From Candidatus Woesearchaeota archaeon (GTDB taxonomy: Archaea > Nanobdellota > Nanobdellia > Woesearchaeales > JACPBO01), in the NCBI GenBank assembly GCA_030651135.1, contig JAUSCS010000006.1, positions 522,160 to 586,159 of the forward strand: DNA of 64,000 nt, read 5' to 3'. The notes beneath the pieces were generated by a model that saw only the letters and a program-made list of their open reading frames with translations, was not told the DNA's origin and made no database searches. This document shows positions 37,578 through 47,195 of the stretch, in pieces. Within the stretch, counting starts at the first letter, position 1; every line of letters begins with the position of its first letter. The translations under genes were made by a program, and so were the position numbers.

Positions 37578-38137
37578 GCCCTTCCTTTGCTTTCTCCCAT
37601 TGCAATCCCTGCTGCGATCAAATGCGCCACTCTAAGCGGCTCTGGAATGTAAGAATGAGTGCAGCTGATCTTCAGGATCTGTTTTGCTTGCTCTAAATTT
37701 AAACCAGCTAGCTGCACATAGATCTTCCCAGCCTTGATCACGTCGCCTGCTTTCTTTATACGTTTTATTTTGCTTTCTTTTTTTATCTTTTTCAAAGCAT
37801 CGAATATTTTTTTAAAATCCGGGTAATCCCTTATGACAATAATAACGGGGATTTTTGTTTTTTTATTTAATTCATTAACATCAACAACATTAAAGCCGCC
37901 CATTGCAATTCCGTTAAGGGCAATGCATCTTATCTGCGATTTAAACTTAGACTTTTTGATCATTTTAATCAGCTTGCTAGTTGAATCACCGCCATCAACC
38001 TTTATCTTGGTTGACATAACGCCGTCCATGAAATTGCCGCCTCTGAACAGAACACCGATAACCAGATTATCGCCTTTCTTGAATTTTTCAAAAGGTGAAT
38101 CATCTATTCCTAAAATGCGGATTTCTTCTTTCATCAT
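37574..38137 (-). CDS. DUF99-family (endonuclease V-like) protein
   Basis: ILGIDDSPF, GGFNVVD, IPEPLRVAHLIA. Confidence 0.88.
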   Translation of the reverse strand: MMKEEIRILGIDDSPFEKFKKGDNLVIGVLFRGGNFMDGVMSTKIKVDGGDSTSKLIKMIKKSKFKSQIRCIALNGIAMGGFNVVDVNELNKKTKIPVIIVIRDYPDFKKIFDALKKIKKESKIKRIKKAGDVIKAGKIYVQLAGLNLEQAKQILKISCTHSYIPEPLRVAHLIAAGIAMGESKGRA

Positions 38138-38304
38138 CTCATCGCTTTTAATTTAGGTATTACAAAATACGCTATAAATGCGCACAATATTATTATAAAC
38201 CAGAAATAAAAGGTGCTTATTACGCCAAAAGCAAAAAGGATCATGTTAATGACAACCACCACTGTAAAAATTATTGCCATCAGCTTAATCGGTTCTTTTG
38301 TCAT
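38134..38304 (-). CDS. Small 2-TM membrane protein (56 aa; not in the ORF track)
   Basis: MTKEPIKLMAIIFTVVVVINMILFAFGVISTFYFWFIIILCAFIAYFVIPKLKAMR; overlaps both neighbours by ATGA. Confidence 0.65.
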   Translation of the reverse strand: MTKEPIKLMAIIFTVVVVINMILFAFGVISTFYFWFIIILCAFIAYFVIPKLKAMR

Positions 38305-39089
38305 TTTATCTTCCTGCAGAAGCTCAAAAATCCTGTGTGACCGATGCCTTTTGTCTTTGGCCTTACTTTCCTTTCATCAACCTCCCATTCCCTTTCGATT
38401 ATTTCAATGGTTTTTACATGGATAAACCTTTCGTCCTTATTGATCACATTTACAAAATCCATCATCTGCGGAACTGAGGGCGAGTAGGAAATAACAAAGC
38501 CGCCAACCTTTAACGCTGCATAAGCGCTTTTTATAGCATTCCACGGCGAAGGCAGGTCTAATGTAATTAAATCAACATCTTTCTCGTCAATTCCATTGTA
38601 AATGTCTTTGTTTTTTATTTTTAAGTTATTTAAATTTAAAAATTCTTTATTCCTTTTAACAATTTTTAAAAAATCCTCCCTTATATCGTAGGTTATGACT
38701 TCCTTGCATAAATGAGCCAAGAAACAAGCCAATGCGCCTGATCCAGCTCCAGCATCTACAACAACAGAATTCTTGTTTATTCCTGTTTTTGCGATTATTG
38801 CTGCAATGTCTTTTAATGAAATTATCTGTGCTTCTCTTGCAATTCTTTTATAATCATCCATAAAGCCGGATGTGAAAATGCAGAATTTCTTTCCTGTATT
38901 TGTTGCTATTTCGCTTCCGTCTTTCTTTTTCAGGTCAGCTTTGGAAATAACGCCGTCTGCTGTATGAAAATCCTTGGTCAAATCCTCAACAAAGTATGCC
39001 TTTTCTTTTGAAATAACAACATCTCTGTTTAATTCTGCAATATGCTCTTTTTTCTCTTTTTTTATCAGAACTTTTCTTATTGGTTTCAT
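38301..39089 (-). CDS. trmI: tRNA (adenine-N1)-methyltransferase TrmI/Gcd14
   Basis: AQII..KD, DAGAGSGAL, LDLPSPW, RP...IGHTGFL. Confidence 0.88.
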   Translation of the reverse strand: MKPIRKVLIKKEKKEHIAELNRDVVISKEKAYFVEDLTKDFHTADGVISKADLKKKDGSEIATNTGKKFCIFTSGFMDDYKRIAREAQIISLKDIAAIIAKTGINKNSVVVDAGAGSGALACFLAHLCKEVITYDIREDFLKIVKRNKEFLNLNNLKIKNKDIYNGIDEKDVDLITLDLPSPWNAIKSAYAALKVGGFVISYSPSVPQMMDFVNVINKDERFIHVKTIEIIEREWEVDERKVRPKTKGIGHTGFLSFCRKIK

Positions 39090-39104
39090 GTTTTTAAAAT
39101 AAAA

Positions 39105-39211
39105 AGGGCCCGGTGGGACTTTCAAAGCCAAAGTTTTGAACCTTCAGCCAATTTGAACCCACAATCTTCCGCTCTGCAGGCAGACGCCTTGCCGGATTCG
39201 ACCACGGACCC
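39105..39211 (-). tRNA. tRNA-Cys(GCA) with 33-nt T-loop intron at 59/60 (39119..39151)
   Basis: GGGTCCG/CGGGCCC, U73, TCTGC-CT-GCA-GA-GCGGA; TTCA/TGAA BHB-like helix. Confidence 0.88.
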
Positions 39212-39880
39212 TTTCAGTAACCACAATCGACTTCTTAATGTTATTTTCGGCTTATAATAACCCAATCTCCTCCAAAGTAAATATTTTGTTAAATTTTTTT
39301 CTGTACTGAATCCAATCTCATTTACCCATTTCTTTAACATCATTGGCCCACTTAAATAGAGCCTTATCGTAGTATCAGATACTACAGAATTGCTAGTTAC
39401 TTTAAAATCTTTTTGTTTTAAGATGTTTTTTATTTGATTTAACAATTTTTCACTGCATGTCTTTATTTCTATTCTTGGGTAAGTGGGGTATTTGAATTTT
39501 TTACTTTTTGAAAAATATAAAGAGCCATCTGTTTCAAATATTCCGCGAATTATATGTTTGGAATATTTCCATTGTAAAAATTGTTTAGGTATTTCTGTAT
39601 TATGAGATTTATTTTTAAATTTTATTTTAATCTCATTTATCAAATATTCTACAAACTTTTTATTATTGAACTCTAATCTTAAGGATTCACCAAGTTTTTC
39701 TTTTTTGATTCTGGTTAGCGGCCTTTTTTTTGTTAGTTTATAAAGCAAGTTTGAAATCTTTAAAAAGTAATCTTTTTGCTCTTTGGCATTACCAGCGAAT
39801 TCAACCCTATATGTTCTGGGAGGGTTATAAATAATAGAACCATCTCCTATAAAAGCACCAATAAATTCATAAAAGTTCAT
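39122..39880 (-). CDS. Free-standing double-motif LAGLIDADG homing endonuclease overlapping tRNA-Cys
   Basis: EFIGAFIGDG and IRGIFETDG motifs; the last about 30 codons lie within tRNA-Cys. Confidence 0.85.
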   Translation of the reverse strand: MNFYEFIGAFIGDGSIIYNPPRTYRVEFAGNAKEQKDYFLKISNLLYKLTKKRPLTRIKKEKLGESLRLEFNNKKFVEYLINEIKIKFKNKSHNTEIPKQFLQWKYSKHIIRGIFETDGSLYFSKSKKFKYPTYPRIEIKTCSEKLLNQIKNILKQKDFKVTSNSVVSDTTIRLYLSGPMMLKKWVNEIGFSTEKNLTKYLLWRRLGYYKPKITLRSRLWLLKGSVVESGKASACRAEDCGFKLAEGSKLWL

Positions 39881-39889
39881 TTTATAAAG

Positions 39890-39989
39890 CGGGCCTAGGA
39901 GGATTTGAACCCCCGACCTTCAGCTTAGAAGGCTGCCGCTCTATTTGCCTGAGCAAAGTTAGTTGCTCACCAGACTGAGCTATAGGCCC
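39890..39989 (-). tRNA. tRNA-Arg(TCT) with 25-nt D-loop intron at 19/20 (39945..39969)
   Basis: GGGCCTA/TAGGCCC, CAGC-CT-TCT-AA-GCTG; BHB with GTCT/AGGC helix and GAGCAA/TTGCTC. Confidence 0.88.
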
Positions 39990-40036
39990 ATAAGAACAAG
40001 AATTGGTTTTTTGTTTATAAATGTTATCAAAGAAAT

Positions 40037-41824
40037 TTATGCTTTAATCAAAACCGCCTTTATCCTTCTCACACCGGCAGCAACGCTTTCTTCCTTTATT
40101 ATCTTGAAATGCCCCAATTCAGAAGTATTTTTGACATGCGGACCGCCGCAGATCTCAACAGAAAAATCTCCAATGGAATAAACAAAGACTTTTTCTCCGT
40201 ATTTGTGCTCAAACACGCCCTGCGCCCCTTTTTTCTTTGCCTCATCCACAGTCATCTCTTCCTGCTTAACAGGCAGTGCTTCCTTTATTTTTTCATTAAT
40301 CAAATCTTCAACTTCTTTAAGCTCTTGCTCTGTCAATTTCCGGTCAAAATTAAAATCAAATCTTAATCTTTCCGGCGTTATGTTTGATCCTCTCTGGAAA
40401 ATATCCTTTTTCCCCAAAACAACTCTTAATGCCTGATTCAGCATATGAGTTGCTGTATGCAGCTTTGTTGTCTCTTCTGAAGAATCTGCAAGTCCGCCTT
40501 TGAATTTTTTCTCAGCCCCGATCCTGCTCAATTCCTGGTGCTTCTCAAATTCTTTATTAAATCCAGTTACATCAACGCTGACATTTTTTTCTTTTGCCAG
40601 CTCAGCTGTCATTTCAATCGGAAAGCCAAAGCTCTGGAATAGCAGGAATGCATTCTCGCCATCAATCTCTTTTTTATTTTTTATGATTTTTTCAAATTCT
40701 TTCAGCCCATTTTCAAGAGTTTTCCTGAATTTTTCATCTTCTTTTTTCAGTTCATCCAATATAAAATCCTTATTTTTTTCCAGTTCTTTATAATCGCTTT
40801 TGTGCAGCTCAATAGTTATTTTTGCCAATTCTGACAGAAATTCCTTTTCAATGCCCAATAGCTTTCCGTGCCTTATTGATCTTCTGATAAATCTCCTTAA
40901 GATATATCCCTGGTCAACATTCGAGGGAGCAATTGCCTTTTCATCTCCCAATATGAAAGTTGCAGCTCTTATATGGTCTGTTATGATTCTTACTGATTTT
41001 AGCTGCTCTTCATTTGGCTCCTTGATCTTGGCAATTTCCTTTATTTTGTCAATTATCGGCTTGAATGTCTCAATTTCATAGACTATTTTCTTTCCCTGCA
41101 GGACAGCAGCTGTCCTTTCAACACCCATTCCAGTATCAACATTTTGCTGCTTTAGCTTCTCGAATCTTCCATCTTTTGTTTTGTTGTACTGCATGAAAAC
41201 ATCATTCCATATCTCAAAATATTTCCCGCAAAAGCAGCCAGGCTTGCAATCATTGCTGCATTTTTCTTTTCCTGTATCGTAAAACATTTCACTATCTGGG
41301 CCGCAAGGACCGGTTTCGCCAGCAGGACCCCACCAATTATCTTTTTTCGGCAAAAAATAAATTCTTTCTTTCGGAATTCCAACTGAGAGCCAGATCTTGG
41401 CAGATTCCTCGTCTTTTGGCGCATCATTATCCCCTTTAAAGCACGTTACTGATATCTTTTCCTTATTTATTCCAAGCCATTTTCTGTCTGTCAGGAATTC
41501 ATAGCTCCATTCTATTGCTTCCTTTTTCCAGTAATCCCCTAATGACCAGTTTCCAAGCATTTCAAAGAAAGTAAGATGAGAAGAATCTCCGACTTCATCA
41601 ATATCATCTGTTCTTAAGCATTTCTGAACATCCACAAGCCTTTTTCCCTGTGGATGCGGCTGGCCTATTAAAAAAGGAACTAAAGGATGCATTCCAGCTG
41701 CTGTGAACAATACAGTGGGATCATGCTCCGGGATCAAAGAAGCAGAAGCTATTAGCTTGTGGCCTTTTTCGCTGAAAAACCCGAAATACAGATCTTTCAG
41801 CTCTTTTGATGTTAGTTGTTTCAT
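40037..41824 (-). CDS. alaS: Alanyl-tRNA synthetase (short form lacking the C-Ala domain)
   Basis: LFTAAGM, QKCLR, HLTFFEMLGN, DTGMGVER; editing HTATH...CGGPH. Confidence 0.95.
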   Translation of the reverse strand: MKQLTSKELKDLYFGFFSEKGHKLIASASLIPEHDPTVLFTAAGMHPLVPFLIGQPHPQGKRLVDVQKCLRTDDIDEVGDSSHLTFFEMLGNWSLGDYWKKEAIEWSYEFLTDRKWLGINKEKISVTCFKGDNDAPKDEESAKIWLSVGIPKERIYFLPKKDNWWGPAGETGPCGPDSEMFYDTGKEKCSNDCKPGCFCGKYFEIWNDVFMQYNKTKDGRFEKLKQQNVDTGMGVERTAAVLQGKKIVYEIETFKPIIDKIKEIAKIKEPNEEQLKSVRIITDHIRAATFILGDEKAIAPSNVDQGYILRRFIRRSIRHGKLLGIEKEFLSELAKITIELHKSDYKELEKNKDFILDELKKEDEKFRKTLENGLKEFEKIIKNKKEIDGENAFLLFQSFGFPIEMTAELAKEKNVSVDVTGFNKEFEKHQELSRIGAEKKFKGGLADSSEETTKLHTATHMLNQALRVVLGKKDIFQRGSNITPERLRFDFNFDRKLTEQELKEVEDLINEKIKEALPVKQEEMTVDEAKKKGAQGVFEHKYGEKVFVYSIGDFSVEICGGPHVKNTSELGHFKIIKEESVAAGVRRIKAVLIKA

Positions 41825-41826
41825 TG

Positions 41827-42594
41827 TTAAGGGATTTTTATAGGCGTATTTAAATGTTTTTTATTTTTATAAGGCCTTGCTATGTTCCACATTAATTCAA
41901 ACTGTTTCCTATATGACTCAGCAACTTCTTTATTTCTTATGATAATTAAATAATCAGGATTTCCCCAGACAATTGTTTGTACGTTATCTCTATAAATCTG
42001 TACGGGATTAGGGTTAAAATATCTCTTAGGAATTTTTCTATATTTAGATGTTCCTCTTTGAAATATTCCTTTATCGCCCTCCTTGATAATCACTCTCTCT
42101 TTTATTTTAAACCTAATCATATCTCTTTCATATTGGTCGCAAATCGTTTTGTATTTTGCGAAGGGTATAGATTCCTCAACTGCAGTGCAAAGAATTTCTC
42201 CTCCAATTGATTTCAAATTATCTATTATATCTCTAAGAGCAATTCTAACAACATTTTTTCCTTTGTAGGTTTCTACGGAAAGAGATTGTTGTGCTTGTTC
42301 ATTTAATTTTGTTAGTTGAGGAAGAATTTGCTTATAATTCTCTGTTCTTTCATTAAGGAATTCTAAGATTAATTTTGGATCTATTGCTTTGAATAATTTT
42401 GTTTTTCCCTCTTGAACAGAACTAACAAAACCTTTTTCCATTAATCTTTTGAGGGAATCATATGTAACTTGTCTGTATAATCCTGCTTTTTCTGCTAATT
42501 CATAGGCCGACATTTGTCCATTTGTAAGCAGAGCTAAGTATACTTCGGCTTCATAATTTGTTAATCCAATTTGAGTTAAAACTGCTTTATCCAT
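41827..42594 (-). CDS. TrmB-family transcriptional regulator
   Basis: IGLTNYEAEVYLALL wHTH, YKGK linker. Confidence 0.88.
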   Translation of the reverse strand: MDKAVLTQIGLTNYEAEVYLALLTNGQMSAYELAEKAGLYRQVTYDSLKRLMEKGFVSSVQEGKTKLFKAIDPKLILEFLNERTENYKQILPQLTKLNEQAQQSLSVETYKGKNVVRIALRDIIDNLKSIGGEILCTAVEESIPFAKYKTICDQYERDMIRFKIKERVIIKEGDKGIFQRGTSKYRKIPKRYFNPNPVQIYRDNVQTIVWGNPDYLIIIRNKEVAESYRKQFELMWNIARPYKNKKHLNTPIKIP

Positions 42595-42598
42595 ATTA

Positions 42599-42612
42599 GT
42601 ATGATATCATAC
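42599..42612. promoter_or_regulatory. Perfect palindrome GTATGATATCATAC; candidate TrmB operator
   Basis: 14-bp palindrome in the 75-bp divergent promoter region. Confidence 0.55.
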
Positions 42613-42669
42613 GAATTAAGTATATATAAATCTGTCTGACTACTTCTTAGTGGATAAAGGTGAATAAAT

Positions 42670-43671
42670 ATGGAAAAAACAAAAAAATTACTTGTTGGAA
42701 ATCCAAACCAACTTGAAGTAGATGGACAAATAGGAGAAGATGAATTATCTTATGTAGTTATGAACTTGCCGTTTGGCTGTAATTATAGCTGTTCTAAATG
42801 TTACAGAGATGATAATAAGTCTTTTGATAGTGTTAATCTGGACACAAGATTGGACATTATTTCACAAGCAAGAGATTTAGGCGCAAAAGTTTTTTGTATT
42901 CCTGGTGAAGGGGAGCCATTAACAAATAAAGATTTAACAATGCAGTTAATAGATCATGCCAATGCAGTAGGATTAATAGCCATCCTATATACCAATGGCA
43001 GTTTTCTTAATCAGGAGACAGTAAATGAATTATTCAATAAGAACGTGACTTTAATTACAAGTTTTGACTCATTAAATCCCGAAACGTATCTTAAATTAAC
43101 AGGATTTAAGGGATTTGATAGAGTGATGAGAAATCTTGAAAATGTCAGAGGAACATACAAAACAGGAAATAGAACAAGAGAAAATGGTTTGATTGAGACA
43201 AGATGGGGAGTAATCACAATCATTAACCAGCACAATAAAGGAGAAATTCCGAAGATAAGGGAATTTTGCGGAGATGATGCATTTTTTATCTGTAATTATC
43301 CCATAAACAAGGGCAGAGCAAAAAGTGTTTGGGATTCGTATGTAGGTACTCAGGAGAATCTAATAGAATTAATTAGAACTGCAAATATGTATACTGATAC
43401 ACTTGTAGCAGGACTTAGTTCGCCAACAAGAAGCGGACAATGTATAATGCTAAATAATGGCATTACGATTGATACTAATGGAAATGCTCATGCATGCCCG
43501 GCTATGGTCGATACAAACTTAGGAAATATAGCAGATACTTCTGTTGGTGAGATTTGGCGGAAAACCAAAGAATACACACAGTCTAAAGGAAATCCTCTTT
43601 GCTTAGCCAGAGACATAAAGCAGTATTGTAAAAAAGCCAACATCTTGAGTGTTGGAGAGATGGTTATTTAG
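42670..43671 (+). CDS. Radical SAM protein with Twitch-like C-terminus
   Basis: CNYSCSKC, GEGEP, CIML...NGNAHAC; paralogue of 2117..3106. Confidence 0.85.
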   Translation: MEKTKKLLVGNPNQLEVDGQIGEDELSYVVMNLPFGCNYSCSKCYRDDNKSFDSVNLDTRLDIISQARDLGAKVFCIPGEGEPLTNKDLTMQLIDHANAVGLIAILYTNGSFLNQETVNELFNKNVTLITSFDSLNPETYLKLTGFKGFDRVMRNLENVRGTYKTGNRTRENGLIETRWGVITIINQHNKGEIPKIREFCGDDAFFICNYPINKGRAKSVWDSYVGTQENLIELIRTANMYTDTLVAGLSSPTRSGQCIMLNNGITIDTNGNAHACPAMVDTNLGNIADTSVGEIWRKTKEYTQSKGNPLCLARDIKQYCKKANILSVGEMVI

Positions 43672-43784
43672 GCGACCCCATTAGTTTTTTAGAAATTGCC
43701 CTTTTCTATTTCAGGACTTCAAATTAGCAATAACAAATAAAACAACAAAAGTAGGCGGGCTTAAAACGCAGGAGTAAAATAAAA

Positions 43785-44429
43785 ATGAAGCAAGACATAG
43801 TTGTGTTTGATGTGTTAGGTCCGATATACCAGTATGCTGAAGTAAATGGCAGACTTGAGAACTGCATTCCATTTGCATATGAAAAAATAAAAGAGCTGCA
43901 TCCAGAGGAATATGAACGTGCAAAAAATGATTTTGCTTTTGCAGCAGAAATGGAATTTAGGCTTTTTAAAGAAGGCGCAATTACCTGCATTGCAACGCCA
44001 TTTGCAGTCGATACTTTGCTTTATCTAAAGGAAAAAGGCATTATGCCTGTTGTTGCTTCTGCCGGAACTGATGAAACTCTTAGATTCACTTTGGACACAA
44101 TAGTTGATAATTATAACAGGCAGAATGGAACAAAGCTAGTTGCAAATGAGGTAATTCCTTACAAAAATCTTATCTCAACAAGCCCCATAGGGAGCAAAAA
44201 AGATCCTAAGACGTGGCAGACAGCAGTTTATGATAATTTTGGAGCAAATAATAGGATATTGCTTGGTTATGAAGACAGCATTAATAATTGCCTTGCTCTG
44301 GCCAATGGGCTGAATTGCACAGGATTGCATATCGTCTCTGAAAATTGTAATTTGTCAATTGTGCAATATAACCCTACGATAATCAGGGGAACAATGGAGC
44401 AGCATTATAAAATGTTAAGAGGCGGATAA
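43785..44429 (+). CDS. HAD-superfamily hydrolase-like protein
   Basis: VVFDVLGP motif I, VASA motif II, K, YEDS motif IV. Confidence 0.7.
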   Translation: MKQDIVVFDVLGPIYQYAEVNGRLENCIPFAYEKIKELHPEEYERAKNDFAFAAEMEFRLFKEGAITCIATPFAVDTLLYLKEKGIMPVVASAGTDETLRFTLDTIVDNYNRQNGTKLVANEVIPYKNLISTSPIGSKKDPKTWQTAVYDNFGANNRILLGYEDSINNCLALANGLNCTGLHIVSENCNLSIVQYNPTIIRGTMEQHYKMLRGG

Positions 44430-44430
44430 A

Positions 44431-44802
44431 ATGAGGCTCATAGCAAAAGGTCTTGGTGTAAGCAAAGGGGGAGTGCAAGGCAGAGTTAAGATCATAAAAA
44501 GTGTTAAAGATTATGCAAAGCTAAAGAAGGGCGATATCCTTGTAACCAGGTTGACAGACCCAACAATGACTGCCATCATGGGCAGAGCTGCCGGAATAAT
44601 CTGCGACATTGGCGGCCTTACATCACACCCTTCTGTTTTGAGCAGGGAAATGGGAATTCCGTGCATTGTATCTGCAAAAGGCATAATTACAGGAAAGCCA
44701 ATAACTGAGCTTTTAAAAGAGGGTCAGGAAATTGAAATGAATGGTGAAAATGGAGAAATCTTTCTTAAAGATGAATCATGGAATTTGAGGTGGAAATTAT
44801 GA
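44431..44802 (+). CDS. Stand-alone PEP-utilising enzyme mobile (phosphohistidine swivel) domain
   Basis: GDILVT..TDP, GGLTSHPSVLSREMGIPCIV. Confidence 0.9.
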   Translation: MRLIAKGLGVSKGGVQGRVKIIKSVKDYAKLKKGDILVTRLTDPTMTAIMGRAAGIICDIGGLTSHPSVLSREMGIPCIVSAKGIITGKPITELLKEGQEIEMNGENGEIFLKDESWNLRWKL

Positions 44803-45863
44803 ACTGGCTTGATTTGTGGATGGACTCCATAGCCGCTTCATTGGGGAATATGGATCTGGCTACTTTGGAGCCTTTTAACTTTGATAATATGCATTCTCTT
44901 TATTCAAAAGAATGGGTCAATAGATTCCTTCTTGCCATAAGCAGAAGAAAACAATTAGATGTTTCTTTTGCAAGGCTTGCAAAAATGATAACAGGGCCTT
45001 CGCATCTCAGAGCCCAGTATTATTTCATGCTTGCCGACTTAAAGTTTGCAGGAATAAAAAAGGAGGAAAGATTGGAAATTGCAAAATTTTTTGATAGCAT
45101 TATAAATGAAAAGTCAAAGGGGGATATTTATGGTTTCAGAAGCAACATTGCTCATACAGGCAAAGAGATCGTAGAATTATGCAGAAAAATAAGTTTTGAA
45201 AAAGCAAATCCTGAAATTGCAAGATTTCTTGGGAAGCTGTATACAGCGGCATTTCATCTTGTAAATGGGCTTTATACAGACATATATACAGATTATGGCA
45301 TCGAAAACTTTGGAGAATATGATGTAAGCAGTGTTTTTGGGCCTGGCCACATGATGGTCATAAAGTCATTTAGCGATCTTAAGCCAATGGGCATATGGCC
45401 TGAGATAAGAGATTCGCCGTGTAAAACACTTAACATCTATGCCATATATAAAAATGTAAAATTCAGGTGTGATTCGATATCCTGCCATTCTGTTTACGAA
45501 GGAGATCCTATTGCTGGCATGGCCTATTATGCTGTCGGTGTTGATGGCATTCTCATTAACTCAATAGAAAAATTGGAAAAAATAAGAGAAGCCATAGAAA
45601 GGTGCTCAATAGAGCAATGGAAGAGGCTCATAAGCCAAGAAAAAGAGCAGCTTAAAATAAAAGCGCTTATGCAAAGATGCTATGTTCTGAAAAACATGTT
45701 CGAATTGCTGGGCATAGAATGGAAACCAAGCACAGGCATGATCAATGCTGTTAAAGATAAGCCGCTTAGCTCCCCTTTCAAAATCATACCGAAAGATGAA
45801 AAAGAGAGAAGGTTATTTTGGAAGAAATTTTTTGATCCAAGACTCGAGATTTATCCTTCATAG
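44799..45863 (+). CDS. Hypothetical protein translationally coupled to the PEP mobile domain gene
   Basis: About 354-aa ORF with ATGA overlap; no recognisable motif. Confidence 0.7.
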   Translation: MNWLDLWMDSIAASLGNMDLATLEPFNFDNMHSLYSKEWVNRFLLAISRRKQLDVSFARLAKMITGPSHLRAQYYFMLADLKFAGIKKEERLEIAKFFDSIINEKSKGDIYGFRSNIAHTGKEIVELCRKISFEKANPEIARFLGKLYTAAFHLVNGLYTDIYTDYGIENFGEYDVSSVFGPGHMMVIKSFSDLKPMGIWPEIRDSPCKTLNIYAIYKNVKFRCDSISCHSVYEGDPIAGMAYYAVGVDGILINSIEKLEKIREAIERCSIEQWKRLISQEKEQLKIKALMQRCYVLKNMFELLGIEWKPSTGMINAVKDKPLSSPFKIIPKDEKERRLFWKKFFDPRLEIYPS

Positions 45864-45930
45864 CTACTAAAATCCAAATATATTCTTCATCATAATAAAA
45901 TTTAAATACTTCTACTCCAAAATAACAAAT

Positions 45931-46311
45931 ATGGCAAGCAATTTTGTCGATCTGATCATTGAAAAAGGGATGGACAAGGTAAACATTTCTATGCTGGATG
46001 AAAAGAACAGGAAAATGATCCTTGGCGATGCAGGCAGCCAGCTGGTTAGAATGGGCAAGTTTGAAGATGGTGTGAAAGCACTTGCATTGGCTGGAGAAAA
46101 AGAAAAACTGATTAAACTGGCAGAAGACTTTGCGAAAGAGAAGCAGATAAGGCTGGCAGCATTGGCAATAGAGAATTCCGGCGATATTGCAAGGATCGAA
46201 GCCATTGCAGCAGAATGTGTAAACCTCGGATTAATGGCAGAGGCATTAAAGCTCTACAAGGCAGCAGGGAATGAGATGATGACCAATTTCGTGCTTGAGA
46301 ATTTTAAGTGA
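45931..46311 (+). CDS. Hypothetical alpha-helical repeat protein
   Basis: 126 aa; TATA box upstream. Confidence 0.7.
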   Translation: MASNFVDLIIEKGMDKVNISMLDEKNRKMILGDAGSQLVRMGKFEDGVKALALAGEKEKLIKLAEDFAKEKQIRLAALAIENSGDIARIEAIAAECVNLGLMAEALKLYKAAGNEMMTNFVLENFK

Positions 46312-47161
46312 ATTTGATGTTTTGTTCCTGATTTCTTGAAAACTCTTCTACTAGCTTTAGTATGGTGTAGCTTACAATTTCTGAAGGGTTATCTAAAAGT
46401 CTTAGTTTAAAATTTGCAACCATCCCTATGGAGTTAGCGAAAGTATTGGAAAAGTAAGTATATCCTTTAAGGAAATATCCATCAAAATTATTAATGATAT
46501 TTTTAATGTTGTCAGCAGAGTCAAAAAACAGCTCTTTTTCCATAATTGTGGGGTGATGCACACAATGGACGGTTCTAACAGCATTCACAAACTTTGCCCT
46601 AAGCCTTGATCTTTCATGGCCAAACTTCATAGGTTTAACAAAAAAGGCATTGCCCAAGTCAAAAGCCAAATCATTACATCTAGACCCCTTAATATGCACA
46701 TATTCTTCATAGTTGCAAAATACTCTATTAAGAACAATCAATGGCCCTATTGGCCCTCCTTCAGAATATTTGAATGTCCTGTTAGTTTTGTCAATCTCGT
46801 ATCTGTTGATAGTTTCTTCATACGATAAAGTGCTATAGACATTTTTGAAATCTTTAGATAAAAACAAAGCATTACCGGTACCAACGATGCCTTCAACTTC
46901 ACCAAATTGAGAGAATGCCTCTAAAATGTTTATTGAACCGACGCCCAGGGTCAGATATACTCTGCGCTTATACAAAAATCCTGCACCTTGCATAAGTGTG
47001 CAGTTGTCACGCTCGCTGCTTTTGTAAAGCAGTTTCCGCTGTGCATCTTTATGCCCCATTAATTTCATATCTGTAAGGTCTTGTTCGTGTAGAGGGCATT
47101 TTGTCAATCTGGATCTCCAAGCATACTGGTCATAAGATGCATCAATAATGCAGTTTATCAT
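46304..47161 (-). CDS. Hypothetical protein, possibly a degenerate HPr-kinase-related fold
   Basis: LMQGAGFLYKRRVYLTLGVGS resembles LH.A.....G...L..G.SG.GKS but lacks GKS. Confidence 0.55.
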   Translation of the reverse strand: MINCIIDASYDQYAWRSRLTKCPLHEQDLTDMKLMGHKDAQRKLLYKSSERDNCTLMQGAGFLYKRRVYLTLGVGSINILEAFSQFGEVEGIVGTGNALFLSKDFKNVYSTLSYEETINRYEIDKTNRTFKYSEGGPIGPLIVLNRVFCNYEEYVHIKGSRCNDLAFDLGNAFFVKPMKFGHERSRLRAKFVNAVRTVHCVHHPTIMEKELFFDSADNIKNIINNFDGYFLKGYTYFSNTFANSIGMVANFKLRLLDNPSEIVSYTILKLVEEFSRNQEQNIKFT

Positions 47162-47195
47162 AATGGAATGATAACATGTATGTATTTTAATTTAT

